A stretch of 64,000 nucleotides of DNA, from NCBI GenBank assembly GCA_963781585.1, contig CAWAGQ010000006.1, positions 64,001-128,000 of the forward strand, written 5' to 3'. Origin of the DNA: an uncultured Gemmatimonadaceae bacterium (lineage in GTDB: Bacteria; Gemmatimonadota; Gemmatimonadetes; Gemmatimonadales; Gemmatimonadaceae). The notes below the pieces were generated by a model. The model searched no databases. It was not told the DNA's origin and saw only the letters and a program-made list of their open reading frames with translations. The translations under genes and the position numbers were made by a program. The first letter of the stretch is position 1; every line of letters begins with the position of its first letter. Shown here in pieces: positions 29,542 to 39,680 of this stretch.

Positions 29542-32118
29542 TCAGGCCACGCCGGCCTCCACCTCCTCTGCTTCCACGCGGGCGTCGGCCCCGGTCTCGT
29601 GTTCCGGCACGAGCGCAATGCGCAGCACGTCCGAGAGGGTTTCGACCGGATGGAAGGTGAGCTGCTGTCGCACCTCCTCGGGCACGTCCTCGAGGTCGCC
29701 CTCGTTGTCCTTGGGCAGAATGATGTGCATGATGCCGGCGCGATGCGCGCCCAGCACCTTCTCCTTCAGTCCTCCGATCGGCAGTACCCGCCCGCGCAGC
29801 GTGATCTCCCCGGTCATTGCCACATCGCGCCGGACCGGACGGCCCGACATCTCGGAGACGAGGGCGGTTGCGATGGCGATACCGGCTGACGGGCCATCCT
29901 TGGGGATGGCGCCGGCGGGTACGTGAATGTGGGCCTCCATCGCTCCTTCCAGCCGCTGGGCCGGGATACCTAACGACGACGCATTGTTGGTGGCATAAGT
30001 CAGCGCCGCGCGGGCGCTTTCCTTCATGACGTCGCCGAGCTGCCCGGTCAGAATCAGCGTCATCGGTCCCGACTGGGGCGCAGAATCGCCGTTGTCGGAC
30101 GACGGCGGGCGCTGGCGGCGGCGAATGGACGCCTCGACGAACATGATGTCGCCCCCCATCGGCGTGTAGTACATGCCGGTGGCGATGCCGACCTCGTTCT
30201 TCTCGTTGGCCCGCTCCGGATGGACCTTGGGCCGCCCGAGGAGCTGTCGCACCTCGTCCGCGTCCACCTGATTGTCGGCGATAATGCCGCCGTCACCGGC
30301 GGCTACCCGGCGCGCCAGTTTCCTGCACACCGCGCCGATCTGCCGCTCGAGCTGACGAACGCCGCTCTCGCGCGTGTAGTTCGTCACGACCGACATCACC
30401 GCGTCGTCGGCGAACCCCACGCCCTTGTCGCCCAGGCCGTTTTCCTCGAGCTGGCGCGGGATCAGGTACTTCTTCGCGATCTCCGCCTTCTCCCGCTCGG
30501 TGTAGCCGGAGAACTCCACCATCTCCATCCGGTCGAACAACGGCCCGGGGATGTTCTGCATGAAATTCGCGGTGGCGACGAACAGCACCTCGCTGAGGTC
30601 GAACGGCACGCCCAGATAGTGATCGGTGAAGCTGTCGTTCTGCGCCGGGTCGAGCACCTCGAGCAGGGCCGCCGAGGGGTCGCCCTGGAACGACACGCCG
30701 AGCTTGTCGACTTCGTCGAGGAGGAAGACCGGATTCTTCGTCCCGGCCTGCTTCATACCCTGGATGATGCGTCCCGGCATGGCCCCGACGTACGTCCGGC
30801 GGTGTCCGCGGATGTCGGCTTCGTCGCGCGCGCCACCTAACGATACTCGGACGTACTGGCGGCCGAGTGACCGCGCGATCGACTTTGCGATCGAGGTCTT
30901 GCCCACACCGGGAGGACCGACAAACAGCAGGATGGGTCCCTTGGCCATTGCCCGTGCCTTGGCCTCACGCGCGTCGGTGATCGTCCGGTCTTCACCGTTT
31001 CCGCCCACCGGCGATGCCGTCGGCTCGTCGCCGCCCTTTGCTCGACCCGCTGCCGGGAATTCTCCCGTCCGGATGACCTCCTCCGCCTGCTGGCGGGCGC
31101 GGAGCTGGCGCACCGCCAGAAACTCCAGGACGCGGTCCTTCACGTCCTGCAGCCCGTAGTGGTCCTCGTCCAGAATCGTGGCGGCGTGCGTCAGATCGAG
31201 CTGATCGTCCGACCGCTTGCTCCAGGGCAACTCGGCGATCCACTCGAGGTAGGTGCGGATGACTTGTGCTTCCATCGACTCGCGCCCGGTACGCTCCAGG
31301 CGACCAAGCTCGCGTTCCACTTCGGCCCGCGCCTCTTTGGGAAGGTCGAGCGCCCGCAGCTTCTCGCGCAGCTCCTCAACCTCCTTTGCCTGATCGTCGT
31401 CACCCAGCTCCTTCTGGATCGCCTTCATCTGCTCGCGCAGGAACATCTCGCGCTGGCGTTCCCCCAGTTCCTCCTGCACCTGCGACTTGATCTCCTCCTG
31501 CGCCTCGAGCATCCCGATCTGCCTCTGGACGTGAACCAGAACTCGGCGAAGCCGCTCCTCCACGCTCAGCGTCTCCAGGAGCCCCTGCTTCTCCGGAACC
31601 GGGAGCTCGATGTACCCCGCAACCAGATCGGCGAATCGGCCCGGGTCCTCCACGGAGTCGAGCACCTGGTGCACGACCTCCTCGGGAAGACCGCGCTTCT
31701 CACCGAGTTCCGCAGCCCGCTCGCGCGTTTCCTTGTGAAGCGCCTCGAACGCGGAATCGGCCTCGTTCAGCGGAGTCATCTCTTCGGTCGGCATGACCAC
31801 CGCGTTGAGGTATCCTTCGTTCATCGTGTATTGCAGGGAGGTGGCGCGTTGCTCGCCTTGCAGAAGAAGCTGCACGCCTCCCAGCCCGCGCTGGATCTGG
31901 CCGATGCGTGCGATCACACCCATCGAGTAGAGAATTTCCGGGGCGGGCTCGTCGGTATTGTCGCGCTGCGCCACGGCGAAGACGAGCCGATCCCCCTTGA
32001 GGGCCGCCTCGATCGCTCGGAGCGTCCCGGGCCGGCCGGCGGCGATCGGCGCGGTCAGTCCCGGGAAGATCACCGTTCCACGCAGCGGAAGAACGGGAAG
32101 CGTCTGACGTTGAGCCAT
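29542..32118 (-). CDS. lon: ATP-dependent Lon protease (endopeptidase La)
   Basis: LPVLPLR N-domain, GPPGVGKTS, LLDEVDK, PKDGPSAG catalytic Ser, IGGLKEK. Confidence 0.96.
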   Translation of the reverse strand: MAQRQTLPVLPLRGTVIFPGLTAPIAAGRPGTLRAIEAALKGDRLVFAVAQRDNTDEPAPEILYSMGVIARIGQIQRGLGGVQLLLQGEQRATSLQYTMNEGYLNAVVMPTEEMTPLNEADSAFEALHKETRERAAELGEKRGLPEEVVHQVLDSVEDPGRFADLVAGYIELPVPEKQGLLETLSVEERLRRVLVHVQRQIGMLEAQEEIKSQVQEELGERQREMFLREQMKAIQKELGDDDQAKEVEELREKLRALDLPKEARAEVERELGRLERTGRESMEAQVIRTYLEWIAELPWSKRSDDQLDLTHAATILDEDHYGLQDVKDRVLEFLAVRQLRARQQAEEVIRTGEFPAAGRAKGGDEPTASPVGGNGEDRTITDAREAKARAMAKGPILLFVGPPGVGKTSIAKSIARSLGRQYVRVSLGGARDEADIRGHRRTYVGAMPGRIIQGMKQAGTKNPVFLLDEVDKLGVSFQGDPSAALLEVLDPAQNDSFTDHYLGVPFDLSEVLFVATANFMQNIPGPLFDRMEMVEFSGYTEREKAEIAKKYLIPRQLEENGLGDKGVGFADDAVMSVVTNYTRESGVRQLERQIGAVCRKLARRVAAGDGGIIADNQVDADEVRQLLGRPKVHPERANEKNEVGIATGMYYTPMGGDIMFVEASIRRRQRPPSSDNGDSAPQSGPMTLILTGQLGDVMKESARAALTYATNNASSLGIPAQRLEGAMEAHIHVPAGAIPKDGPSAGIAIATALVSEMSGRPVRRDVAMTGEITLRGRVLPIGGLKEKVLGAHRAGIMHIILPKDNEGDLEDVPEEVRQQLTFHPVETLSDVLRIALVPEHETGADARVEAEEVEAGVA

Positions 32119-32560
32119 GCTGTCGTGTCCTCGAGATTCGTGCCCCTGGGTCGTATGCTTCGACAGATCCCGATCACCTTCCACGCATGTGCCACCAGCG
32201 CGTCACGCGCGAGACGGCGCGGAGTCCGGGCAGCTGGCACCTGATGCAGGTATCGCGCTGCTGAATTACGCCACAGTGGCGGTAATTGCAACTTTCGCGG
32301 GCCAATGTGACGTAGGGCCTGTGACAGCCGAAGCGGCGACGAATGTGGCCTCCGGGCTGATGGCCGGCGGCTGACGACTCCATCCTGAACCTGCGGGTTT
32401 CGAGTCGCCAGCCGTCAGTCGCGGGACCTCCGAAAGTCGGGCTCGTGGCGCGCGGGTTCGGCGCTCGACATAAGCGCCCGGCTCGTTTCGCTTTACCCTG
32501 CAGCAGATGAGTGCTACACTAATCGACCGCCGGCTTGTCGTACCCACGAATACCAAACGC

Positions 32561-34510
32561 GTGCCCGATCCCGTCGTCTCGTCGTCCGACCCAGAGCTGC
32601 GCGCGCACGTTGAGCGCGTCCTGAGCAACAACTACGAGCTCGACCAAGAGATTGGGCGCGGTGGTATGGGCATTGTCTACAAGGCCCGGGACCGCCGCCT
32701 GAAACGCGCCGTCGCCATCAAGGTGCTCCCGCCGGAGCTCGCCTTTCGCTCGGAGATCCGGACCCGCTTTCTGCGCGAGGCCGAAACGGCGGCGCAGCTG
32801 AGTCACCCGAATATCGTCCCGATCTACAGCGTGGACGAGCACGACGGAATCGTCTACTTCGTGATGGCCTTCGTGGACGGCGAGAACGTCGCGATGCGGC
32901 TCAACCGGGAGGGGGCGCTGCCGCCCGACGAGGTGCGCCGGATCATGCTCGAGGTGGGACGCGCGCTCGCCTACGCCCACGAGCGCCACGTGGTTCACCG
33001 CGACATCAAGCCCGACAACATCCTGATCGAACGCGGCGCAGGCCGGGTCATGGTTACGGATTTCGGGATCGCCCGGGCGATCACCGATGGCGCGGACGCG
33101 CGTCTCACCGCCACCGGGATGGCGATCGGCACTCCCGCGTACATGTCCCCCGAGCAGTCGATGGGGGACCGGGAGATCGACGGTCGTAGCGACCTTTATT
33201 CGTTAGGCGTGGTGGGCTATCAGATGCTCACCGGCGATCTGCCGTTCGAGGCGCAGAGTACGCCCGCCCTGCTGGTGATGCACCTTTCGGAACGTCCGGA
33301 GCCGGTAGGAGAACGATGCCCGGACGCTCCCCCCGACCTCGACCGGGCGGTCATGCTCCTGCTCGAGAAGGAACCGGCCAACCGGTTCCCGAACGCCGGT
33401 GCCCTGGTGACCGCGCTGGAGACCGGCGAGGTGCCCGCGCTCCCGGAGGCGACGTCGCTGCCGGTCGCGACGCCGGCACGCCGGCACGAGCCGTATCAAC
33501 CCGCACCGCTCACGACGGGCGGTTATCAGCCCACAGCTGAGGAGCTGGCACGCTGGAACGCCCCTCCGGTCGTGGCGTTCCGGCGAAAGCTGGCGCCGTT
33601 CTTCGCGTTCAGTGTCGTCTCCATCATTCTGTCCATCTTCAACGTGATGGACGCGCTGGTGAGCATCGCCGGCATCTGGAGCATCTTCATCGCGTTCAAG
33701 TACGCTCGCCTCTGGACCGATAACTACGACTGGCGCGACGTCTTCAAGCAGCCGCGTGACCGGATGTTCTTCGACGTGGTCGCCGAGTGGGTGGACAACG
33801 TACGCGCCCTCTGGGACCGGAAAAAGCGCTCCGAGGTCCGCGAGCGTTCGCGATTGCGTGGCCGGAGCAATGTGGGCCTTTTCGCCCCCGATGACCGGAG
33901 AGGCGCGCTGCCGCCCGGCGGCACGATCCCCACGCATGAGCTGACGGCGCTTGCCGGCTCGCACGCCGCATCGGTGCGCCAGGCGGCGCGCTTGCGCGAT
34001 GACATCCAGCGCCAGTTGGGGACCCTCTCGAAGCGCGATCGCGAAGTCATCCATGACGTACCGGCCACCGCCGAGGCGCTCTATCGCCGCGTGGAAGCGC
34101 TCTCGGTGAATCTCGCCGACCTCGAACGCACCGTATCCCCCAACGCCGCCGAGTCCGTGGAGGTCGAGATTTCCGCGCTGGAGGCGCAGGCAAATCCGCT
34201 CGACCTGCGGGCCAGTGAACAGCGCGTGCGGCGCCTTGCCTATCTCAAGCGACAGCGCCGCGCCATCGTCGACCTGGGCACCAAGCGCGATCAGGCGCGC
34301 GACAAGCTGGACAGCTGTCTCCTGGCGCTCCGCAACATCCAGCTCGATATCGTCCGGCTGAAGGCCGGCGGACAGTCGCTGCAGCAGATCACCCAGGTGG
34401 CCGAGCAGGCGATGGCCCTCGCCCGCGACGTGGACAACGCTGTCTACGTCGCCAACGAGATGGGGAAGTTGAAGTCAGGGTCCCGGGGCTCGCGGCCCGG
34501 GGCTCGCTAG
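32561..34510 (+). CDS. Hanks-type Ser/Thr protein kinase with 2 TM helices and a C-terminal coiled-coil domain
   Basis: IGRGGMG, AIK, HRDIKPDN, DFG, GTPAYMSPE; start uncertain (32507 or 32561). Confidence 0.92.
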   Translation: MPDPVVSSSDPELRAHVERVLSNNYELDQEIGRGGMGIVYKARDRRLKRAVAIKVLPPELAFRSEIRTRFLREAETAAQLSHPNIVPIYSVDEHDGIVYFVMAFVDGENVAMRLNREGALPPDEVRRIMLEVGRALAYAHERHVVHRDIKPDNILIERGAGRVMVTDFGIARAITDGADARLTATGMAIGTPAYMSPEQSMGDREIDGRSDLYSLGVVGYQMLTGDLPFEAQSTPALLVMHLSERPEPVGERCPDAPPDLDRAVMLLLEKEPANRFPNAGALVTALETGEVPALPEATSLPVATPARRHEPYQPAPLTTGGYQPTAEELARWNAPPVVAFRRKLAPFFAFSVVSIILSIFNVMDALVSIAGIWSIFIAFKYARLWTDNYDWRDVFKQPRDRMFFDVVAEWVDNVRALWDRKKRSEVRERSRLRGRSNVGLFAPDDRRGALPPGGTIPTHELTALAGSHAASVRQAARLRDDIQRQLGTLSKRDREVIHDVPATAEALYRRVEALSVNLADLERTVSPNAAESVEVEISALEAQANPLDLRASEQRVRRLAYLKRQRRAIVDLGTKRDQARDKLDSCLLALRNIQLDIVRLKAGGQSLQQITQVAEQAMALARDVDNAVYVANEMGKLKSGSRGSRPGAR

Positions 34511-34525
34511 GATTCGAGGCGCCAG

Positions 34526-36604
34526 GTGTCTCCCGGTCCCGTCTCGATGTCCGATCCGCTTCGCGACCGCGTCACGGTCGCGCTCGGTGACAACTACGCG
34601 CTCGAATCGGAAATTGGACGAGGGGGCATGGGAGTCGTCTACCGATGCCGTGACGTCAAGCTGAGGCGGCACGTGGCCGTCAAGGTCCTGCCGCCCGAGC
34701 TGGCGTTTCGCGAGGAGGTGCGCACCCGGTTCCTCCGGGAAGCGGAGACCGCTGCCCAACTGAACCATCCCAACATCGTCCCCATCTATTCGGTCGACGA
34801 GCGCGAAGGTCTCGTCTGGTTCGTCATGGCGCTGGTGGACGGAGAAAGCCTGGCGGCGAGGCTCGTCCGCGAACCGCGGCCGCCCCTTGACGACGTGTGC
34901 CGCATCCTCCGCGACGTCGCCGATGCGCTCGCCTATGCCCACGCGCACGGCATCGTGCACCGTGACATCAAGCCGGACAACATCCTCATCGATCGCGTGA
35001 CCGGACGGCCAATGGTGACGGATTTCGGGATCGCCCGCGCGATGGAAGGCGATTCGCGACTCACCATTACGGGAAGCACCGTCGGCACGCCGGCGTACAT
35101 GTCACCCGAACAGGCCACCGGAGAACGCGATGTCGACGGTCGCAGCGATCTGTATTCGCTCGCGGTCGTAGGATATCAGATGCTCTCGGGCGGCCTGCCG
35201 TTCAAGGCGACCAACACGCCGGCAATGCTGATGAAGCACATCAGCGAACCCGTGCCGCCGCTGCGCGTTCTTCATCGCGACGTCCCGGAATCGCTCGCGA
35301 CCGCAATCGAGCGGGCGCTGGCGAAAAAACCATCCGATCGTTGGCCTGGCGCCGCGGAATTCCGTGACGCGGTGGCCGCGACCCCGATGCACCACTCGCC
35401 TTCGCCACACGCGGCGCGGTCGCCCGTGGCCCCCGTTTCGATGCCGCGGCCAGCCGACAGAGCGTCCGCAGCATGGAAGCGCCCGGCGCAGCATCCCGTC
35501 GAGCCGGGATCTGGCGTCCGCGACGAGCACCACGAATCCGCCGGGAGCCGTCCGCATGGGTCGTCGCGCGACGCCGTCGAGGCCTCGAACATCGGATGGG
35601 AGCATCGAACGCCGTCGTTCGGCGTGCGTGACGTCGCCACGCCGCTACCTCCGGTTCCACCATGGATGCCCGCTTCCTGGCGCGACGCCCGCCGTCAATG
35701 GCGTGAGCAGAGTCGTGCGAGTCGCAGCGAACGTCGGCGCCAGCGCGGTCGCGACGACTCCCTGGCCCAGTTCGGTGAAATGCCTCGCGAACAGCGGATC
35801 CGCCGTTTCCGCGGCCGCGCAGCGAGCACCCTTCTTACCGTGGGGATGCTGGCCGGCATCAACCTGATGTTTTCGCCCGGATTCCCCTGGTTTCTCTTCC
35901 CGGCTGCCTTCATGTCACTCGGGCTGCTGCGCCGCGGCGCGTCGCTGTGGGCCGATGGGATTCGCGTGCGTGACGTGTTCGGCAGAGAGGCGCGTGATCA
36001 GCTGCGGCGAGAGGCCCACGGCGCGCGCGACGCGCGGCACGCTCTGAACGCGTCTCCTCCCGAGGCGGAGGCAGAAAACCTCGCGCCCCGCGACGTGCTG
36101 GCCGGGCCGTACGGCGAGATCGTTCGGCGCGCCGCCGCCGACCAGGCCGCGGCGAGCGCGGCTTTGGCGAAGCTCGCACCCGCAGACCGCGCCCTCATTC
36201 CGGACGTTGCGCCCACAGTGAAGGCCCTCGCCGAGCGGGTTGGCGGGATCGCCGGCACGCTCCACCGCATGCACGAGGACGTCACGCCCGATGCACTCTC
36301 GTCCATCGAGCGCCGCATCGCAGAGGCCAAGGCACAACCAGAGTCTTCGGAGCGGGAGAAGAAACTGACTTTGCTGGAGCGCCAGCGGGCAACGGTGTCC
36401 GATCTCCTGTCGCGCCGCGACGCGTTGAAGACGCAGCTCGACAGCGCATCGCTGATGCTCGAGAACATGCGACTCGATCTGCTCGCCCTGGGGTCGGCGG
36501 GCGTGCAGTCCGCGATCAACGACGTGTCGAGCGCTACCCAGGAAGCCCGGGCGCTCTCGCGAGACATTCAGATCGCGCTGGAAGCAGCCAAAGAGGTCCG
36601 CTAG
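34526..36604 (+). CDS. Hanks-type Ser/Thr protein kinase paralogue with 2 TM helices and a C-terminal coiled-coil domain
   Basis: Same kinase motifs; INLMFSPGFPWFLFP 2TM hairpin. Confidence 0.92.
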   Translation: MSPGPVSMSDPLRDRVTVALGDNYALESEIGRGGMGVVYRCRDVKLRRHVAVKVLPPELAFREEVRTRFLREAETAAQLNHPNIVPIYSVDEREGLVWFVMALVDGESLAARLVREPRPPLDDVCRILRDVADALAYAHAHGIVHRDIKPDNILIDRVTGRPMVTDFGIARAMEGDSRLTITGSTVGTPAYMSPEQATGERDVDGRSDLYSLAVVGYQMLSGGLPFKATNTPAMLMKHISEPVPPLRVLHRDVPESLATAIERALAKKPSDRWPGAAEFRDAVAATPMHHSPSPHAARSPVAPVSMPRPADRASAAWKRPAQHPVEPGSGVRDEHHESAGSRPHGSSRDAVEASNIGWEHRTPSFGVRDVATPLPPVPPWMPASWRDARRQWREQSRASRSERRRQRGRDDSLAQFGEMPREQRIRRFRGRAASTLLTVGMLAGINLMFSPGFPWFLFPAAFMSLGLLRRGASLWADGIRVRDVFGREARDQLRREAHGARDARHALNASPPEAEAENLAPRDVLAGPYGEIVRRAAADQAAASAALAKLAPADRALIPDVAPTVKALAERVGGIAGTLHRMHEDVTPDALSSIERRIAEAKAQPESSEREKKLTLLERQRATVSDLLSRRDALKTQLDSASLMLENMRLDLLALGSAGVQSAINDVSSATQEARALSRDIQIALEAAKEVR

Positions 36605-36608
36605 TTCC

Positions 36609-37139
36609 CTAACGCGGCACCAGCGCTGGCAGCCACTTCTCCCCGCCGAGCGCGAATCCCACCAGTCCGCCGACAACGGCGCCAATGGCGGCACCGGCCG
36701 GAAAGGCGCTGGCAATGTCGCCAAAATCCGGATTGCGTTGTGGAAGATTCCCGAGCCCCCACAACAGCCCGCCGATCAACGACCCGAAGAGCACGCCCCG
36801 AACCGTAGACCGCTGCGCTGAGCGTCCACCGCTCACCTCGATCTCGCGAATTGCGGAGAGGCGAATGCTGACGTGACGATACTGGTCAACGAGCACCGGC
36901 CCCATGTCGAGGCCGAGGCGGGTTCGCTGGCCTGCGGTGTCGAGCACCATTTCCGTCGCGTCGAGCGAATCGACGAGTCCCACGTACCGATCGTCCCGGA
37001 GGTCCGGCGCGAAGACGCGGACGCGCGATCCGACAAACACATCGTGCGGGGCCGATTGCTGCGCCCCGGCGACCACGACCGTGGCCCCCGATCCCAATAC
37101 GGCGATGGCAACCCTCAGAAATCGCCGGACCGTCTTCAA
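36609..37139 (-). CDS. Exported hypothetical protein with a C-terminal Gly-rich hydrophobic (glycine-zipper-like) segment
   Basis: TTG start with GGAGG RBS; signal peptide; GSRVRV..., GAAIGAVVGGLVG. Confidence 0.65.
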   Translation of the reverse strand: MKTVRRFLRVAIAVLGSGATVVVAGAQQSAPHDVFVGSRVRVFAPDLRDDRYVGLVDSLDATEMVLDTAGQRTRLGLDMGPVLVDQYRHVSIRLSAIREIEVSGGRSAQRSTVRGVLFGSLIGGLLWGLGNLPQRNPDFGDIASAFPAGAAIGAVVGGLVGFALGGEKWLPALVPR

Positions 37140-37224
37140 TGCGGCCTCCCGTCGGTCGGATCGTTGACGCACGTCCTCGCCTTCATCCGCGTGCGCGCGC
37201 TGCAGGTGCGTGGGCCCCATTTCC

Positions 37225-38046
37225 TCAACGCTCCATAAGGTCGTTCACCACGCTCGCCACACGCTCGGGCGCCTCCTCCGGCGAAAAGTGTCGAACGTTT
37301 TCCACGATGTCGAGCGTGGCATGCGGCATTGCCGCGAGGAGCCGCCGCGCGACGGACGGCGGGCAGAACTTGTCGTCTGATCCCCAGATAATCGAGACCG
37401 GACGCGTGATACGATCGAGATCGGCCGCAATGCCCGTCATCTCGTCCTCGCTGAAGGCCATCAGATGGCGGAGAAAGCACCGCCTCCCCTGGGATGTCGA
37501 GAACGGCCGGAGGAACTGGTCGAGAGAGCGCCGGCCTCGCTCCGCGTCACAGTAGCGGTGGAGCATGTCTGCCTGCACTGCGCGGAGCAGAGCGCGCGTT
37601 GGCATCAGGCGTGTGAACGGGAGGAATGCGCGCATCAGCGCGAGCGTGCCCGTGACGGTCAGGTCGAATCCAATGGAATCTATCAGGCAGAGCCGTGTCA
37701 CCCTTTGGGGCCACCCAAGCGCCATTGCCTGCGCAATGCCGCCACCCATGTGATGGCCCACCAAAGTCGCCGCCTGAATGCCGAGGACATCCATGAAGGC
37801 GACAAGGCGCCGGGAATGGGCGGCAAGCGATAGGGCGGCAGTGCCGGGGAGGTCGCTTCTGCCGAACCCGAGGAGATCGACCACCACTACGCGATGCCCG
37901 GGCGGCATGAGCGGAACGAGCTCACCCCAGAGGTGGCCGGACGTTGGAAAGCCGTGAAGGAGAATCACCGGCTCGCCTGCGCCCCTCGTACCAGACGCGT
38001 AGTAGTAGAGGCGCAGCCCGCCGACATCTATGAACTCGCCACGCAT
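37225..38046 (-). CDS. Alpha/beta hydrolase fold protein
   Basis: LLHGFPT, DLLGFGRSD, GHHMGG, IIWGSDD, RHFSPEE. Confidence 0.88.
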   Translation of the reverse strand: MRGEFIDVGGLRLYYYASGTRGAGEPVILLHGFPTSGHLWGELVPLMPPGHRVVVVDLLGFGRSDLPGTAALSLAAHSRRLVAFMDVLGIQAATLVGHHMGGGIAQAMALGWPQRVTRLCLIDSIGFDLTVTGTLALMRAFLPFTRLMPTRALLRAVQADMLHRYCDAERGRRSLDQFLRPFSTSQGRRCFLRHLMAFSEDEMTGIAADLDRITRPVSIIWGSDDKFCPPSVARRLLAAMPHATLDIVENVRHFSPEEAPERVASVVNDLMER

Positions 38047-38277
38047 GACACGGAGGAATCGGCGCGGGCAGCGCGTCAGAATGCAGCAAAGCCGGTCTCC
38101 GCGACCGTGCGGTTCCGGCAGAGCCAAGATGCGCGCAGTTCGTTGTAGCAACAAGACTTGCGTCTCTGCCACTGGCGCTTTGATTGAAACGTGCTATCCT
38201 TACGCGCCCTTCATTCAGGCGACCCCGGCAGGGTGCATATAGCGTTGTCAAATAACGGCTTATACGCTCCAAGCCCC

Positions 38278-39414
38278 GTGACCATTCCCACCGCGCCGGA
38301 ATCCCCCGCGCTTCAGCCGACTTCACCCCCCCCTCCCGAAGCAGTCCAGTTTCCACTCAGCTGGATGCTGCAGCACGGGTCGGGGTCGCTACAGTTCCGT
38401 ACGCTGCAGGACGTCGCCCGGTTCGAAAACGCACGGGATCGGTTCTTCACGATGGCATTGTCGTTTCCGCCGGCGCTCATGCTCGCCATTGAGCAGGGGC
38501 CTGATGGAGTGTGGAACGACGCGATGCTTGCCGTACCCTCAACCAGAGCCGTGGCTTTCGAGGGTGTGGGGACGATCCCGGCGTACCGCCGTCTCCTCGA
38601 GTACGGCTGGGATCGTGAGGCTCCGCCGCTGTTGCATGCGCGTCGCGTACTCTTTCGCCTCCTGGCCGAAGACAACGATCCGGCGTTCCTGTTCGAGTTG
38701 GGCGGGAAGGGGAAGATGGACGCCGACCTGATCCATCGGGGCAGAGTGATGCTGCGCGAAGCGGCAGCCGCAGCGCTGGCGCACGCGGGCTACGAAGGAG
38801 ATCCGCGACTTCGCGGAGCCGCCCGCCGAATGCTCAATCGTTCGGACGAGTACCTGCGGTCGCCACTCGCCCAGAAGCCGTGGGTGCGTGTGGGCAACAA
38901 GCAGGTGCTGTCCCCCGAGGCGGCGCCGCCGTCGATCTATCTCCTCTCGATGATCGCCTACATGCCGCTGTTTCGCAGCGAAAACCACTCGACCATCGAG
39001 CACCTTTACGCACATCTGTCTCAGCCCCTCCCCAGACAGGAGTCGCAGCAACTTGTCGGGAAGCACATCGTGGCACAGCCACATCTGGTACTGGGCGACC
39101 TGCTGCCGAATCGGAACGCGGCGGACGCCGACGTTCCGTTTGCCCTCACGTGGTTGGAACTGATGGCGCGGCTCCAATATCTGCGCCGCAACCTGGGATG
39201 GTTGAGCTTGTATGAGCGATTCCTCGATGATCGCGACCGGGATTTCGTCTGGCATCCGCACCGCGGCATGGCGATGCCACGGAGTTTCAATCCGGCGGTG
39301 TGGCCGTACTTCCCGCTGGAGCCTCAGGCCAGCGGTGACGATCGGTGGACCGACGTGACCTTTCGACTCGGCCTGATTGCGCGCATGCTGGGCCGACCGA
39401 TCGAGCTCGTCTGA
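38278..39414 (+). CDS. Hypothetical protein, possibly a prenyltransferase/squalene-cyclase-like alpha-helical barrel
   Basis: Long gene-like ORF; QGPDGVW resembles a QW-type repeat; fold call is weak. Confidence 0.6.
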   Translation: MTIPTAPESPALQPTSPPPPEAVQFPLSWMLQHGSGSLQFRTLQDVARFENARDRFFTMALSFPPALMLAIEQGPDGVWNDAMLAVPSTRAVAFEGVGTIPAYRRLLEYGWDREAPPLLHARRVLFRLLAEDNDPAFLFELGGKGKMDADLIHRGRVMLREAAAAALAHAGYEGDPRLRGAARRMLNRSDEYLRSPLAQKPWVRVGNKQVLSPEAAPPSIYLLSMIAYMPLFRSENHSTIEHLYAHLSQPLPRQESQQLVGKHIVAQPHLVLGDLLPNRNAADADVPFALTWLELMARLQYLRRNLGWLSLYERFLDDRDRDFVWHPHRGMAMPRSFNPAVWPYFPLEPQASGDDRWTDVTFRLGLIARMLGRPIELV

Positions 39415-39680
39415 GCAGCGCCAGCCGCAATCGTCCACGACCATGACGCAGCGGCCTGATTCGCCTGCCGATCGATGCGTGGTCCGCTTGTAGCGCCTGA
39501 CCCATCGCTCCGAGAATTCCCGACAAACCCACCCGCGCCGGCTGATGGCAGTCGCGGCGAGCGGGGTGTAAGAATGAACGAGGAGGAGACTGCGGGATCA
39601 TGCTCGCCCGCAACTTGCTGACCTGCGACTCGAGGCGAGTCGTGATGCGGCCATCGAAAGGCGGTCGGGAGGTCGAGACG

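Noticed and set aside
32170..32250. Sigma54-like TGGCAC sites near the lon promoter
   Set aside because: The -12 GC element is absent or wrongly spaced on both strands
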